Source: Candidatus Hadarchaeota archaeon (lineage in GTDB: Archaea > Hadarchaeota > Hadarchaeia > Hadarchaeales > JAGGTB01). Taken from it: DNA of 64,000 nt. A program made the position numbers and the translations under genes. The notes beneath the pieces were generated by a model. It ran no database searches and was not told where the DNA came from. It was given only the letters and a program-made list of their open reading frames with translations. Positions 26,460 to 36,125 of this stretch are shown in pieces. Where the stretch lies: assembly GCA_964384105.1 (NCBI GenBank), contig CAYLJV010000005.1, positions 24,576 to 88,575 on the forward strand. The letters are read 5' to 3'. Every line of letters begins with the position of its first letter. The first letter of the stretch is position 1.

Positions 26460-27179
26460 CTATCCTTTAGGTAAGTTCTTAATTTCACAATTTTCGAAGT
26501 TATCTTTTATCTCTTCCCGAATTTCCCTTATTTTTTCGTCGGCAATAGGTTCTAGTTGCTCGTATTTTTCTTTTAAAGTGTTCTGGGGAATAAACTGCTG
26601 TAGGTGGTAATTTTTGGTTCTTCCTTTTATCTGGTCTGCGATGTCTATTATTTCATCTTCACTAACGATATTTGGAACGATAGTGGTCCTGAATTCATAA
26701 TTTGTGTTGGAATGTTCTAACAGTGAGATTGTTTTCTTTACGTTTTCAAATAACTCTTTTTTATCAACACCAATGGCTTTTCTATATTTTTTCCAGTTTA
26801 GTGGTGCTTTTATGTCTAGAAAAATATGGTCGGTAAGGTTTCTCTCAAGAAGCTTTTTCAGCATATCAGGATTTGATCCATTTGTTTCTATTCCAACTTG
26901 AAACCCTAATTCTTTGACTTTTTTGGAAAATTCTGGCAGAGCGGAATCCATAGTTGGTTCTCCTCCCGTTATTACTAGGCCATCTAACCATCTCTTTTTT
27001 GACTCTAGATGGTTTAATATCTCATTTTCTTCTATCACTGGGAGTCTTTCTGGGTTAAGTACCAAATCTTTGTTTTGGCAAAATGGACATCTAAAGTTAC
27101 ACCCACCGACAAATGCAACCGCTACTATCTTCCCCGACCACTCGATAAGAGAGCTTTTTTCAAGGCCTCTGAATTTCAT
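26460..27179 (-). CDS. nrdG: Anaerobic ribonucleotide reductase activase (radical SAM)
   Basis: GCNFRCPFCQN, ITGGEPT, ETNG, EFRTT; directly downstream of nrdD. Confidence 0.9.
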   Translation of the reverse strand: MKFRGLEKSSLIEWSGKIVAVAFVGGCNFRCPFCQNKDLVLNPERLPVIEENEILNHLESKKRWLDGLVITGGEPTMDSALPEFSKKVKELGFQVGIETNGSNPDMLKKLLERNLTDHIFLDIKAPLNWKKYRKAIGVDKKELFENVKKTISLLEHSNTNYEFRTTIVPNIVSEDEIIDIADQIKGRTKNYHLQQFIPQNTLKEKYEQLEPIADEKIREIREEIKDNFENCEIKNLPKG

Positions 27180-27189
27180 GAGCCACCCT

Positions 27190-29415
27190 TTAGGCTAGAG
27201 CTAGAGTTTGGTCGAAAGTTTTTCTTTCGCTATACTCTTCTTGTTTTCCGTCATTCCAATTTTGTACCGGTCTGTAGTATCCTACTACTCGAGAGTAGAC
27301 TTCTGTGCCTTTTCCACAGGTCGGGCATTCAGCGTGTTCTCCTGAGATGTACCCATGATCATGACAGATACTGTAAGTCGGCGTCAGAGTTATATAAGGC
27401 AACTTCGTTTTATGCGTGAGTTTCCTGACTAGAGTTTTAGCTTCTTCTCTACCTAGTCTTTCTCCTAGGAATGTGTGGAATACTGTTCCACCCGTATACT
27501 TGGTTTGAAGATCTTCTTCTATTTCTATCTGTTCAAGAACGTCGTCTGTTTCTCCGACAGGAACTTGAGTCGAATTGGTGTAGTAAGGAGTGTCTTCTCC
27601 TGCGGCAATTATCTCGGGATATTTCTTCTTATCATTTTTTGCCAGCCTGTAGCTTGTACCTTCTGCGGGCGTTGCCTCTAGGTTATATAGGTTTCCGGTT
27701 TTCTCTTGGAAGTCCTGAAGTCTCTTCAACATGTAGTCAAGTACACTATTGGAAAATTCATGACCATCTTTAGTGGCTATGCTTTTTCCAAATAGATTGA
27801 TACAAGCTTCGTTCATACCAACTAGCCCTATCGTAGAAAAGTGATTTTGCAAAGTCCCTAGATATCTCTTAGAGTAGGGGAGCAGGTCATTTTCCATATT
27901 TTTGCTTACTACTTCTCTCTTTATCTCGAGAGAATTTTTAGCTAAGACCATCATGTAGTCTAGTCTTTCAAAGAATTCTTCTTCGTTATTTGAGAGGAAG
28001 CCTATTCTTGGCATGTTTATAGTTACTACCCCTAGGGATCCGGTCATATCACTTGAACCGAAAAGTCCACCGGTTACATTTCTTTCTAGCTCTCTTTTAT
28101 CTAATCGGAGTCTACAGCACATACTCCTAATGTCGTCTGGACTGAGATTTGGACTGTTTACGAAGTTCGAGAAGTAAGGTAGACCGTACTGTGCGGTCAT
28201 TTCGAAAAGTAGATCCGTGTTTTCGCTATTCCAGTCGAAAGAATCGGTGATGTTGTAGGTTGGAATTGGAAAGGTGAAAGGTCTTCCCTGCATGTCTCCC
28301 TCCATTAATACTTCCAGAAAAGCCTTGTTTATCAGTTCCATCTCCTGTTGGTAATCTCCATAGGTTCCGTCTCTCGTTTCGCCCTCTATAACTACAGGAG
28401 AGTTTTTGAGATCTTTTGGGACTGTCCAGTCCATAGTTAAGTTAGTGAAGGGTGTTTGGCCACCCCATCTGCTAGCTATGTTCAGGTTGAAGACGAATTT
28501 TTGCATACCTTGTTTTACTTCATTATAACTCAAGTCATCTGCTCTCACAAATGGTGCCAGAAGAGTATCCATTGAATTGAAAGCTTGGGCCCCTGCCCAT
28601 TCATTCTGTAAGGTTCCTATGAAATTCGCCATCTGTAGCAGAGCTGTATCGTAGTGTTTTGGTGGTTTTGATTCAACTCTTCCTGGAACTCCGTTAAATC
28701 CCTCTCTGAGTAATTTTTGCAATGACCAACCTGCACAGTACCCTGCTATTCCGAATGAAAGATCGTGAATATGAATATCCCCATTCCTGTGAGCGTCAGA
28801 AACTTCCATTGGATAGATCCTATCTAGAGTGTAATTTGAAACGACTGATCCAGCAGCGTGTTTGTATAGGCCCGACATTGAGTATCCTATATTGCTGTTT
28901 TCTTTTACCCTCCAGCTCCTTTGTCCCAGGTAATCATCTACTAGCTCCTCTACTTCTATGAAGGTGTTTTTTATTTCCCTCATATCTTCATGCTGTTTTC
29001 TATACAAAATGTAGGCTTTTGCTGTCTTAGCGTGACCGTTCTCGATTAGAACTTTTTCTACGGCATCTTGAATTTCTTCAACATAAGGAACTTCTTTGGT
29101 AATGTTTTTCTCTAAATACTCTACTACTTTATCGGAAAGTCTCTCTGCCAATCGCCTGTTTCTCCCTCCGACAGCACGAGCAGCGCTCCATATGGCTTCA
29201 GTTATTTTGCTCTGATCAAATTCTACTATTCTTCCGTCTCTCTTCTCGACTTTTTCTATTTCAGAAATCTTTGATTCCTCTTTCTCTTCTTCTCCGCCCG
29301 ATACCAACCATAAACCACAACGAGGACATCTTTTAGGTTGTTCAACCCTTGGGTTCCAGATATGGCCACATTTCGGACATCTCATCTTTTCATCTTTTTC
29401 AGAAATCGAAATCAC
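27190..29415 (-). CDS. nrdD: Class III ribonucleotide reductase with N-terminal Zn ribbon and ATP cone
   Basis: IHIHDL, YCAGW, SMCCRL, EATPAEG, YYTNS, a CxxH/CxxC site, the YSRVVGY glycyl-radical loop, and ATP cone VEKRDG. The exact start codon is uncertain. Confidence 0.95.
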   Translation of the reverse strand: MISISEKDEKMRCPKCGHIWNPRVEQPKRCPRCGLWLVSGGEEEKEESKISEIEKVEKRDGRIVEFDQSKITEAIWSAARAVGGRNRRLAERLSDKVVEYLEKNITKEVPYVEEIQDAVEKVLIENGHAKTAKAYILYRKQHEDMREIKNTFIEVEELVDDYLGQRSWRVKENSNIGYSMSGLYKHAAGSVVSNYTLDRIYPMEVSDAHRNGDIHIHDLSFGIAGYCAGWSLQKLLREGFNGVPGRVESKPPKHYDTALLQMANFIGTLQNEWAGAQAFNSMDTLLAPFVRADDLSYNEVKQGMQKFVFNLNIASRWGGQTPFTNLTMDWTVPKDLKNSPVVIEGETRDGTYGDYQQEMELINKAFLEVLMEGDMQGRPFTFPIPTYNITDSFDWNSENTDLLFEMTAQYGLPYFSNFVNSPNLSPDDIRSMCCRLRLDKRELERNVTGGLFGSSDMTGSLGVVTINMPRIGFLSNNEEEFFERLDYMMVLAKNSLEIKREVVSKNMENDLLPYSKRYLGTLQNHFSTIGLVGMNEACINLFGKSIATKDGHEFSNSVLDYMLKRLQDFQEKTGNLYNLEATPAEGTSYRLAKNDKKKYPEIIAAGEDTPYYTNSTQVPVGETDDVLEQIEIEEDLQTKYTGGTVFHTFLGERLGREEAKTLVRKLTHKTKLPYITLTPTYSICHDHGYISGEHAECPTCGKGTEVYSRVVGYYRPVQNWNDGKQEEYSERKTFDQTLALA

Positions 29416-29421
29416 CCCGTT

Positions 29422-29454
29422 TTACTATTATTACTATTACTACTACAGTATAAA
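29422..29454 (-). promoter_or_regulatory. nrdD promoter: TTTATA box followed by a (GTA/ATA)n tandem tract
   Basis: The minus strand reads TTTATACTGTAGTAGTAATAGTAATAATAGTAA and then a GGGGTGA SD. Confidence 0.5.
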
Positions 29455-29488
29455 TCTATAGGTTACTAAAAATTAGGACTAGAGTTGA

Positions 29489-30163
29489 TTATAGTACCCC
29501 TATAGCTATTTCCCTTATTACGTCGGCACTATTTTCAGATTGATCAAGTACTTCCTCTATGTTGTCTTCTACTTCCCAGAGGAAGTAAGAAGTCCCGGGT
29601 TTTTGGGAGTCGTCGGCCCATTTAACTAGTAGTGGAGTTAGGTTTTTTGCTCTAAAGTAGTCCGCTTTTTCTTCTATTTTCTCTACTTCTTCGGTTTTTT
29701 CTATCGCTTTTTCGGGGTCCTTGATTAATAGTGAAAATGCTTCCTCTAACAATTTCGATGATTCAAAAGCGAGATCAGCCAGATTTTTTAGTCCTTTCTT
29801 AACATCATCGTCAATATTTTTTGGGTTGAGGAAAGTTAATTTTGCACTAGCTGCCCTAGCATTGTCTGCTATATCATCTGTGGTCATTATAAGTCGTATA
29901 ATCATTTCTCGGTTTAAAGGTGGAAAGTTCCCTTTAGAAAGTTCGTCTATGACCTCTGCTTTTTTGCTATCTGCCTTTTTTTCTTCGTCCATAACTTTTT
30001 TGGATTTAGTTTCTAGATCTCTTTCTCCTTTGCTGAATGAGTAGACTAGCTCCTTCATAGCTTCGACAACTTTCACTATTTCATTCATATGTTCTTTAGA
30101 GAGCTTCAATGCTCTCTTTTCTTTTTGTTTTCCGAGCCATAATATTGGTTTTTCTTTAGGCAT
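29489..30163 (-). CDS. DUF47/PhoU-like phosphate transport regulator
   Basis: EKKAD...DDIAD and EEKAD...ENSAD repeats; follows pstB. Confidence 0.85.
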   Translation of the reverse strand: MPKEKPILWLGKQKEKRALKLSKEHMNEIVKVVEAMKELVYSFSKGERDLETKSKKVMDEEKKADSKKAEVIDELSKGNFPPLNREMIIRLIMTTDDIADNARAASAKLTFLNPKNIDDDVKKGLKNLADLAFESSKLLEEAFSLLIKDPEKAIEKTEEVEKIEEKADYFRAKNLTPLLVKWADDSQKPGTSYFLWEVEDNIEEVLDQSENSADVIREIAIGVL

Positions 30164-30225
30164 TCTATCTCTCTATCTTTTAATTGATTAGTTTATTAGA
30201 AGCTTTTCCTTTTTCAATAAACTTT

Positions 30226-31038
30226 CTATAACTCTCCTTCAATGTATTTTTTTGTTCTCTTATGTTCTGGATTTTCAAATACATCTTCTGCAGGACCATT
30301 TTCTAGGAGTTCACCCATATAAAGGAAAACTGTATAATCAGCGATTCTCTTTGCTTGGTGGACATCGTGAGTAACGACGATTACGGTTATACCGTACATA
30401 TCTCTTAAATCATTCATGAGAGTCTCTATCGTTTTTGAAGAGGTTGGGTCTAGTGAGGATGTAGGTTCGTCCATCAAGATAATATTGGGTTCTACTGCGA
30501 GGGCACGAGCTATACATAATCGCTGTTGCTGACCGCCTGAGAGTTGAAATGCGGAGGTATCCAGCCTATCTTTAACTTCTTTCCATAGTCCTGCAGCCTT
30601 TAGGCTTCCTTCTAGAATTTCTTCCTTGTTGTTGTCTAATCCATGTATCCGGGGTCCATAGAGAATGTTATCTTCTATTGACATGGGAAGGGGATTTGGT
30701 TCTTGAAATACCATTCCGACTTTTGTTCTTACATCGAGCACATCTACTTCAGAATCATAGATGTTGGTGTCTCCGATCCACACCTCTCCGGTTACTTTAG
30801 CACCCTCAGTAGTTTCGAGCATTCTGTTTAGGCATTTTATGAAAGTAGATTTTCCACACCCGGATGGGCCCATAATGGAGGTTATACTTTTTTCTGGTAT
30901 ACTCACGGAGATATTTTTCAAAGCATGAAAGTCATCATAGTAGGCATTTAGATTTTTTATTTCGACTAACTCCTTTCCTATATCCAAATTTATCACCGTT
31001 TTATTTCCCAAGTTTAGCTGGATAGAATCTCTTATCAT
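30226..31038 (-). CDS. pstB: Phosphate ABC transporter ATPase
   Basis: GPSGCGKST, VGMVFQ, LSGGQQQRLCIARAL, MDEPT. Confidence 0.95.
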   Translation of the reverse strand: MIRDSIQLNLGNKTVINLDIGKELVEIKNLNAYYDDFHALKNISVSIPEKSITSIMGPSGCGKSTFIKCLNRMLETTEGAKVTGEVWIGDTNIYDSEVDVLDVRTKVGMVFQEPNPLPMSIEDNILYGPRIHGLDNNKEEILEGSLKAAGLWKEVKDRLDTSAFQLSGGQQQRLCIARALAVEPNIILMDEPTSSLDPTSSKTIETLMNDLRDMYGITVIVVTHDVHQAKRIADYTVFLYMGELLENGPAEDVFENPEHKRTKKYIEGEL

Positions 31039-31047
31039 TTTTGGGTT

Positions 31048-31902
31048 TTACCATTCTCTCTTACTCCTGTAGTGTCTTCTAATTAATATCATCCCGATAC
31101 TTACGGAAAAAACAAGTAATATGAGAACTATCGCTGTGGCCGATGCATACGCGGAGGCATGTTCGCTAGTGTGTTGAGTTGCCAGTATGTAAATGTGATA
31201 CGGAAGTGCCATGAATTGGCTAAGAGGAGAGTCTGGAAGAGACCCCATGTAAAATACACCGCCTACTAGGAGAAGAGGAGCGGTTTCACCAAGTGCTCTT
31301 GCAAGGCCTATTATTGACCCTGTGATCATTCCAGGAATGGCGTGGGGTAGGACTGTTTTCCTAATTGTCTGCCATTTGGTGGCCCCTAGAGCTAGGGATG
31401 CTTGCCTGAAGGAGTTGGGTATATTTTTTAGAGCTTCTTCACTTGCTGTTATTGTCCAGGGTAGAGTCATAACGGAAAGAGTCAGCCAAGCGGCGAGGAG
31501 AGACTTGCCAAATCCAAACACCATAACGAAAGCGGCGAATCCGAAAAGTCCATAAACTATTGAAGGCACCCCTGCAAGGTTTCTTATTGCAACTCTAACT
31601 GCTCTTACGATTTTTCCTTTCTTTGCATATTCGTTTAGATATATGGCACAGAATATTCCGGTTGGAATGGAGAATGCCCCTATGCCCGCTGCTAGGTATA
31701 GAGTTCCAATAATAGCTGGTAATATCCCGCCTTGGGTTATCTCTCTATGTTCCCACATCGACGAGAGGAACTGCCAGTCTATTATGCTAACTCCCGCTCT
31801 GAATGTGTAAAAAATTACGATAGCCAATATGGCAATACTTAGAACACCAGCGGCTTTTAGTATTCCAAAATAGATTTTCTCTTTTTCTTTTCTAGAAAAC
31901 AT
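31048..31902 (-). CDS. pstA: Phosphate ABC permease PstA
   Basis: LAGVPSIVYGLFG, ASLALGATKWQT, GETAP. Confidence 0.93.
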   Translation of the reverse strand: MFSRKEKEKIYFGILKAAGVLSIAILAIVIFYTFRAGVSIIDWQFLSSMWEHREITQGGILPAIIGTLYLAAGIGAFSIPTGIFCAIYLNEYAKKGKIVRAVRVAIRNLAGVPSIVYGLFGFAAFVMVFGFGKSLLAAWLTLSVMTLPWTITASEEALKNIPNSFRQASLALGATKWQTIRKTVLPHAIPGMITGSIIGLARALGETAPLLLVGGVFYMGSLPDSPLSQFMALPYHIYILATQHTSEHASAYASATAIVLILLVFSVSIGMILIRRHYRSKREW

Positions 31903-31906
31903 TTTA

Positions 31907-32770
31907 TTACTCCTTGTGGATTACCCAGTCTGCTATTGTATTGACACCGAAGGTGATTAGAAAAAGGAACAAACCTATCGCAAAAAGTCCTTGATAATGA
32001 GGGCTACCTTGCACAACTTCTTGAGCTTCCATTGCTATATTTGCTGTCATCGGTCTTACTGGGTCGAGAAGGGTTGTGGGCAGTCCTCTTATATTTCCTG
32101 CTACCATGAGAACAACCATTGTTTCACCTATGACTCTACCAAATCCGAGCATCAGTGAGGCTATTATCCCCGAGTTCGCTGCTGGTACACTCACGTTTTG
32201 TATCGTCTCCCATTTTGTTGCACCTAGCGCTAGGCTTGCTTGCTCGTATTTCTTTGGAACCCCTGATAATGCGTCTTCCGAGATACTGATTATTGTCGGT
32301 AGTGCCATAAATCCCACTAAAATTGATGCTGTAAGCGCATTCAGCCCGTTGGAGAGCCCGAGAATACCTGAAAAGAAAGAAGCTAAGACGAATAACCCGA
32401 AGAGGCCTAGTACGACCGAAGGGATGGCTGCGATCATTTCAAAGACAGGTTTAAGAATTTCTCTAGTTCTTTCACTGGCAATTTTTGATAGATATACGGC
32501 TGTAGCTATCCCAAGTGGAATTGCAAAGCCTAATGCTCCAAGTGCTATAAAGAGAGTTCCTAATAGGAGATTTATTACACCCCAGGATGGGTCTCCGTAG
32601 GCTAATGGGTTCCATTCTAGCTCAAAAAAGAATTCGGCCGGACTTACATTGGTGAAGAATTGAATTCCGGTGAATCCTATGAAGACGAAAATTGCCAGAA
32701 GAATAATAATGATAGAAAAAGCGTTTAAACCTAGAAAATATTTTACAAGTCTGTTTTTTATGTTACTCAT
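31907..32770 (-). CDS. pstC: Phosphate ABC permease PstC
   Basis: AAIPSVV, SEDAL, ASLALGATKWET, GETM. Confidence 0.93.
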   Translation of the reverse strand: MSNIKNRLVKYFLGLNAFSIIIILLAIFVFIGFTGIQFFTNVSPAEFFFELEWNPLAYGDPSWGVINLLLGTLFIALGALGFAIPLGIATAVYLSKIASERTREILKPVFEMIAAIPSVVLGLFGLFVLASFFSGILGLSNGLNALTASILVGFMALPTIISISEDALSGVPKKYEQASLALGATKWETIQNVSVPAANSGIIASLMLGFGRVIGETMVVLMVAGNIRGLPTTLLDPVRPMTANIAMEAQEVVQGSPHYQGLFAIGLFLFLITFGVNTIADWVIHKE

Positions 32771-32775
32771 TCATA

Positions 32776-33711
32776 TCACCTTACTTCATCCCAAGTGGTG
32801 ATTTCTCCACTGAATATTTTGGATAGCTCTTTTAGAGTTAGATTGTTTATAGGGTTGTCTTCGTTTACGATTATTGATATACAATCTCTTGCTATGACAA
32901 ATTCTAGCGGGTTAATCCCATTTTTATTAGCTTCTATAATTTCTTCTTGTTCCATTTCTCTTGAAGAGTTAGCTATATTCGTTCTACCCCCTATTAAAGC
33001 GGCTATACCTGTTCCGGAGCCACCGCCTTCGACAGTTATATTTACGTTTTGGTTGTTTTCCTTGTAAGCTTCTACCATATTAGCTACTAATTGGAGCATT
33101 GTATCTGATCCTTGTATTCGTAATTCGTTTCCTGCTGAGGTATCTCCTGAATAGTTTTCTTCTTTTGCTATTTTGAATTGGTTTTCGTTCTGTTCTCTGT
33201 CTCTGGGAATAGTAGGATAAAATCCCGTATCTCTTATTATTTGTTCTCCAGTGTCACTGAGTTCGAACTTTAGAAATTCTCGAGTTAGACCACCTTCTTT
33301 AATTTCTACTACATACTGGTATAGAGGTCTTGCAATTGGATACTTCCCGGTTTTTACATTCATGGGATCTAGTGGAGAAGCAGGCTCAAGATTTTCACTT
33401 TTTGCTATTTTTAGTATTTTTATTCCAGATATTGGTTGACCGTTTTCTTTAGTTGCGTACCCTACACCCACGTATCCGATGCCGGTTTTGTCTTTCTTTA
33501 CGGCTTCTACGATTGATTCGTTTCCTGCTATGGAGAAAATTTTTGAGCTGTATTCTTTCTCAATAATGTTATTTCTAAAGTATATGTAGGTCCCTGAGGA
33601 GTTCGGTCTTCCATATAGGGTTATTTCGTCTTCTTGCTTCGCCGCGACTGAACCAACTACTGCGACAATAAGGATTATTAACGGGAGAGCAACTTTCCAA
33701 TCTAATCTCAT
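32776..33711 (-). CDS. pstS: Phosphate-binding protein PstS, circularly permuted
   Basis: All PstS motifs are present, but the R..SGT/IGYVG/YPIARPLY half comes before the GSDT/GGGSGTG/IARD half. Confidence 0.88.
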   Translation of the reverse strand: MRLDWKVALPLIILIVAVVGSVAAKQEDEITLYGRPNSSGTYIYFRNNIIEKEYSSKIFSIAGNESIVEAVKKDKTGIGYVGVGYATKENGQPISGIKILKIAKSENLEPASPLDPMNVKTGKYPIARPLYQYVVEIKEGGLTREFLKFELSDTGEQIIRDTGFYPTIPRDREQNENQFKIAKEENYSGDTSAGNELRIQGSDTMLQLVANMVEAYKENNQNVNITVEGGGSGTGIAALIGGRTNIANSSREMEQEEIIEANKNGINPLEFVIARDCISIIVNEDNPINNLTLKELSKIFSGEITTWDEVR

Positions 33712-33860
33712 TTCATTCCCTGAATCAGTTAAACGATCAAAAAAATCTTAAGGGGTGGAGAATATATAATTTGTCCAAGTAAAATATATACTTTTATATA
33801 TGATATATATACAATTCATTTGGTAAGATAAAGAAATTAAAATAAATATCCGGGTTTAAT

Positions 33861-34898
33861 ATGAATAAAAATAAGAAAGCCGAAGTAAGGAAAATCCAAT
33901 TAACAGGTGGATCTACGTATACCCTGTCACTCCCCAAAAAATGGATCCAGAAAATGGAACTTAAAACGGGTGAGGGTATGAGGGTAGAGGAGAGGGGATC
34001 TTATCTAATGCTGTCTCCTGCTAAATTGGAAGATGAGAAAAATCAGGAGGCGATGGTTGAAGTTGGTCCAAATGATAGTTTGGATGCTATAGATAGAAAA
34101 ATTCTTTCACTGTATCTTTTAGGATACAATTCTATCAATGTAAAGTCCTCTGAGGGTAGACTTTCATCAGCCCAGAAACGGTCGATAAAGGAGTTCGTTC
34201 GAAACAAACTGGTAGGGACCGAGATAATCTCCGAGTCTATTGAAGAAATGACTTTAAAAACCCTTTTGAGTTATTCCGAGCTCTCGGTTAGAGGGGCTCT
34301 TAAGCGGATGTATAGAATCTCCACATCTATGCAAGAAAATGCGATGGCCGCTTTAAAAAACGATGATAAAAGATTGGCGAGTGATGTTATGGAGATCGAC
34401 GATGAAGTAGATAGGTTTCAAATGTACTTGATCAGGGAGATAAAAGCTGCTATACAAAATCCATCTTTAATAGAGGAAATAGGTTTGAAAACCCTTAGAG
34501 AGTGCTTTGGATATAGGTTGGTGTCTAACAGCTTAGAACGAGTTGGGGACCACGCAGCTTTGATGGCGAAGAATATTTTGGAAATGGAAAGTTCAATTGG
34601 TGAAGAGTCTTTAGAAATGCTTACTAAGATAAATTCACTAGCGGAATCTATTCTTAAGAGGGCAGTAGAGTCTTTATTTGAAGAAGATTACGATCGTGCC
34701 GAGGAGGTTATTCAGAATCTCAAGGATATTTACAAATTAGAGAATGAAATGAATCAATATCTGTCTAAAGAGAATCCTACTGAAGTGATTAGAATTCGTT
34801 TGATTTTAGAAAGTATAAGGAGAATTGCAGAATACGGGAGCGATATAGCGGAGATAGTTCTTAATCTTACAGTAGTGGAAAATAACTATTCTTTTTAA
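33861..34898 (+). CDS. phoU: AbrB-PhoU phosphate uptake regulator
   Basis: RKIQLTGGSTYTLSLPKKW AbrB domain plus two PhoU repeats (DDEVDR, LERVGDHA, RRIAEY); divergent from pstS. Confidence 0.9.
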   Translation: MNKNKKAEVRKIQLTGGSTYTLSLPKKWIQKMELKTGEGMRVEERGSYLMLSPAKLEDEKNQEAMVEVGPNDSLDAIDRKILSLYLLGYNSINVKSSEGRLSSAQKRSIKEFVRNKLVGTEIISESIEEMTLKTLLSYSELSVRGALKRMYRISTSMQENAMAALKNDDKRLASDVMEIDDEVDRFQMYLIREIKAAIQNPSLIEEIGLKTLRECFGYRLVSNSLERVGDHAALMAKNILEMESSIGEESLEMLTKINSLAESILKRAVESLFEEDYDRAEEVIQNLKDIYKLENEMNQYLSKENPTEVIRIRLILESIRRIAEYGSDIAEIVLNLTVVENNYSF

Positions 34899-34914
34899 TT
34901 ACACAATGATTTTT

Positions 34915-35511
34915 CTAACCTTCAGAAAAAATATTCGGTGCAATGTCTTTTACTTCTTTCAACATTCTCTTTGCTACTTTTCTGATTTCCCACTGAGCGC
35001 TTTCGTCAAGTCTTAGATTGAAAAAGTGTAGTAATTCTCTTCCATTCATAGTCACGGTAATATTGGTCGGTGCAGCTATTGGTAGTACAAATCTCGCATC
35101 CTCTTTTGGTACTCCTTTTTTCAATAATTTCTTATACGTCGAAATCGAGTAATCCAAGAGTTTCTTGTAGTCCTCTTCGGCACCGGCTTCTTTGATTGAG
35201 TCGGGGATAACAAAGTCTTCATACTTCAGTTTGGAAAGATTAACGTACCTCATGGATTGTTGTGAGTATGAAGCTAGTCTATGTCTGACTAGTTGGTGGG
35301 TGCAACTTCTGGAAACTCCTTCTATTGAGAAAGTAAAATTTGCATGTTCTATTACAGAGAGATGACCGAGCTTTTTGGCTTTTCTTATATAATATTCAGC
35401 GGGTTTTTCTAAAGCGAGTTTGTCAGAAGGTTCCTTCGTATGGCAGCTCCTGAAGGCTCTTGCAACGATCTCTTCTGGATTAGGTGTATGTCTTATTAAT
35501 TCGACTCTCAA
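34915..35511 (-). CDS. thyX: FAD-dependent thymidylate synthase
   Basis: GHLSVIEH, QLVRHRLASYSQQSMRY, EDARFVLP, AQWEIR. Confidence 0.95.
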   Translation of the reverse strand: MRVELIRHTPNPEEIVARAFRSCHTKEPSDKLALEKPAEYYIRKAKKLGHLSVIEHANFTFSIEGVSRSCTHQLVRHRLASYSQQSMRYVNLSKLKYEDFVIPDSIKEAGAEEDYKKLLDYSISTYKKLLKKGVPKEDARFVLPIAAPTNITVTMNGRELLHFFNLRLDESAQWEIRKVAKRMLKEVKDIAPNIFSEG

Positions 35512-35546
35512 TTTTTTCCCTCTTTGCTTTTTTGATATCGGACTAT

Positions 35547-36053
35547 TTACTCTCTTGTTTCCTCCAGTGATTTCAGATAGTTTTCAGTGTCTTTTGATAT
35601 CCAGTCTTTAACGTTCTCTTTGAGTATGGTACCATCGGGCCTCTTCGTAATCAGTGTTCTTATGCCTGCATTGATTATCGTTCTTTTGCATCGGTCACAT
35701 GGTTTTCCTTCGAATATCTCTCCAGAATCATATTTTTGTCCATAAAGATACAAATCACCCTCTAGAACGCTTACACCATGTCTTGCTGCATTTATAACTG
35801 CATTCTCTTCCGCATGAACTGCTGGGCAGTAGTCATAACCTTTGTAGGAGGGTATTTCGAGTTCGTCTTTCAGACAACCTACTTGGAGACAGTTTACTAC
35901 TCCTCTTGCAGGACCGTTGTACCCGGTGCTGACCACTGCATCGTTCTTCACCACTATAGCTCCGAATCTTCTTCTAATGCAAGGCGATCTCTTACAGACC
36001 GCTTTTGCAATGCCTAAATAATACTCGTCTTTACCTGGTCTTTTCTCTACCAA
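35547..36053 (-). CDS. dCMP deaminase (ComEB-like)
   Basis: RSPC, TGYNG, HAEENA, PCDRC. Confidence 0.88.
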   Translation of the reverse strand: MVEKRPGKDEYYLGIAKAVCKRSPCIRRRFGAIVVKNDAVVSTGYNGPARGVVNCLQVGCLKDELEIPSYKGYDYCPAVHAEENAVINAARHGVSVLEGDLYLYGQKYDSGEIFEGKPCDRCKRTIINAGIRTLITKRPDGTILKENVKDWISKDTENYLKSLEETRE

Positions 36054-36125
36054 ATCTACACCACGTCTTTCCTAATTTCTTTTGCAAGGAATTTATAATC
36101 ATAGGCTATGAGATTGAGTTGGTTT

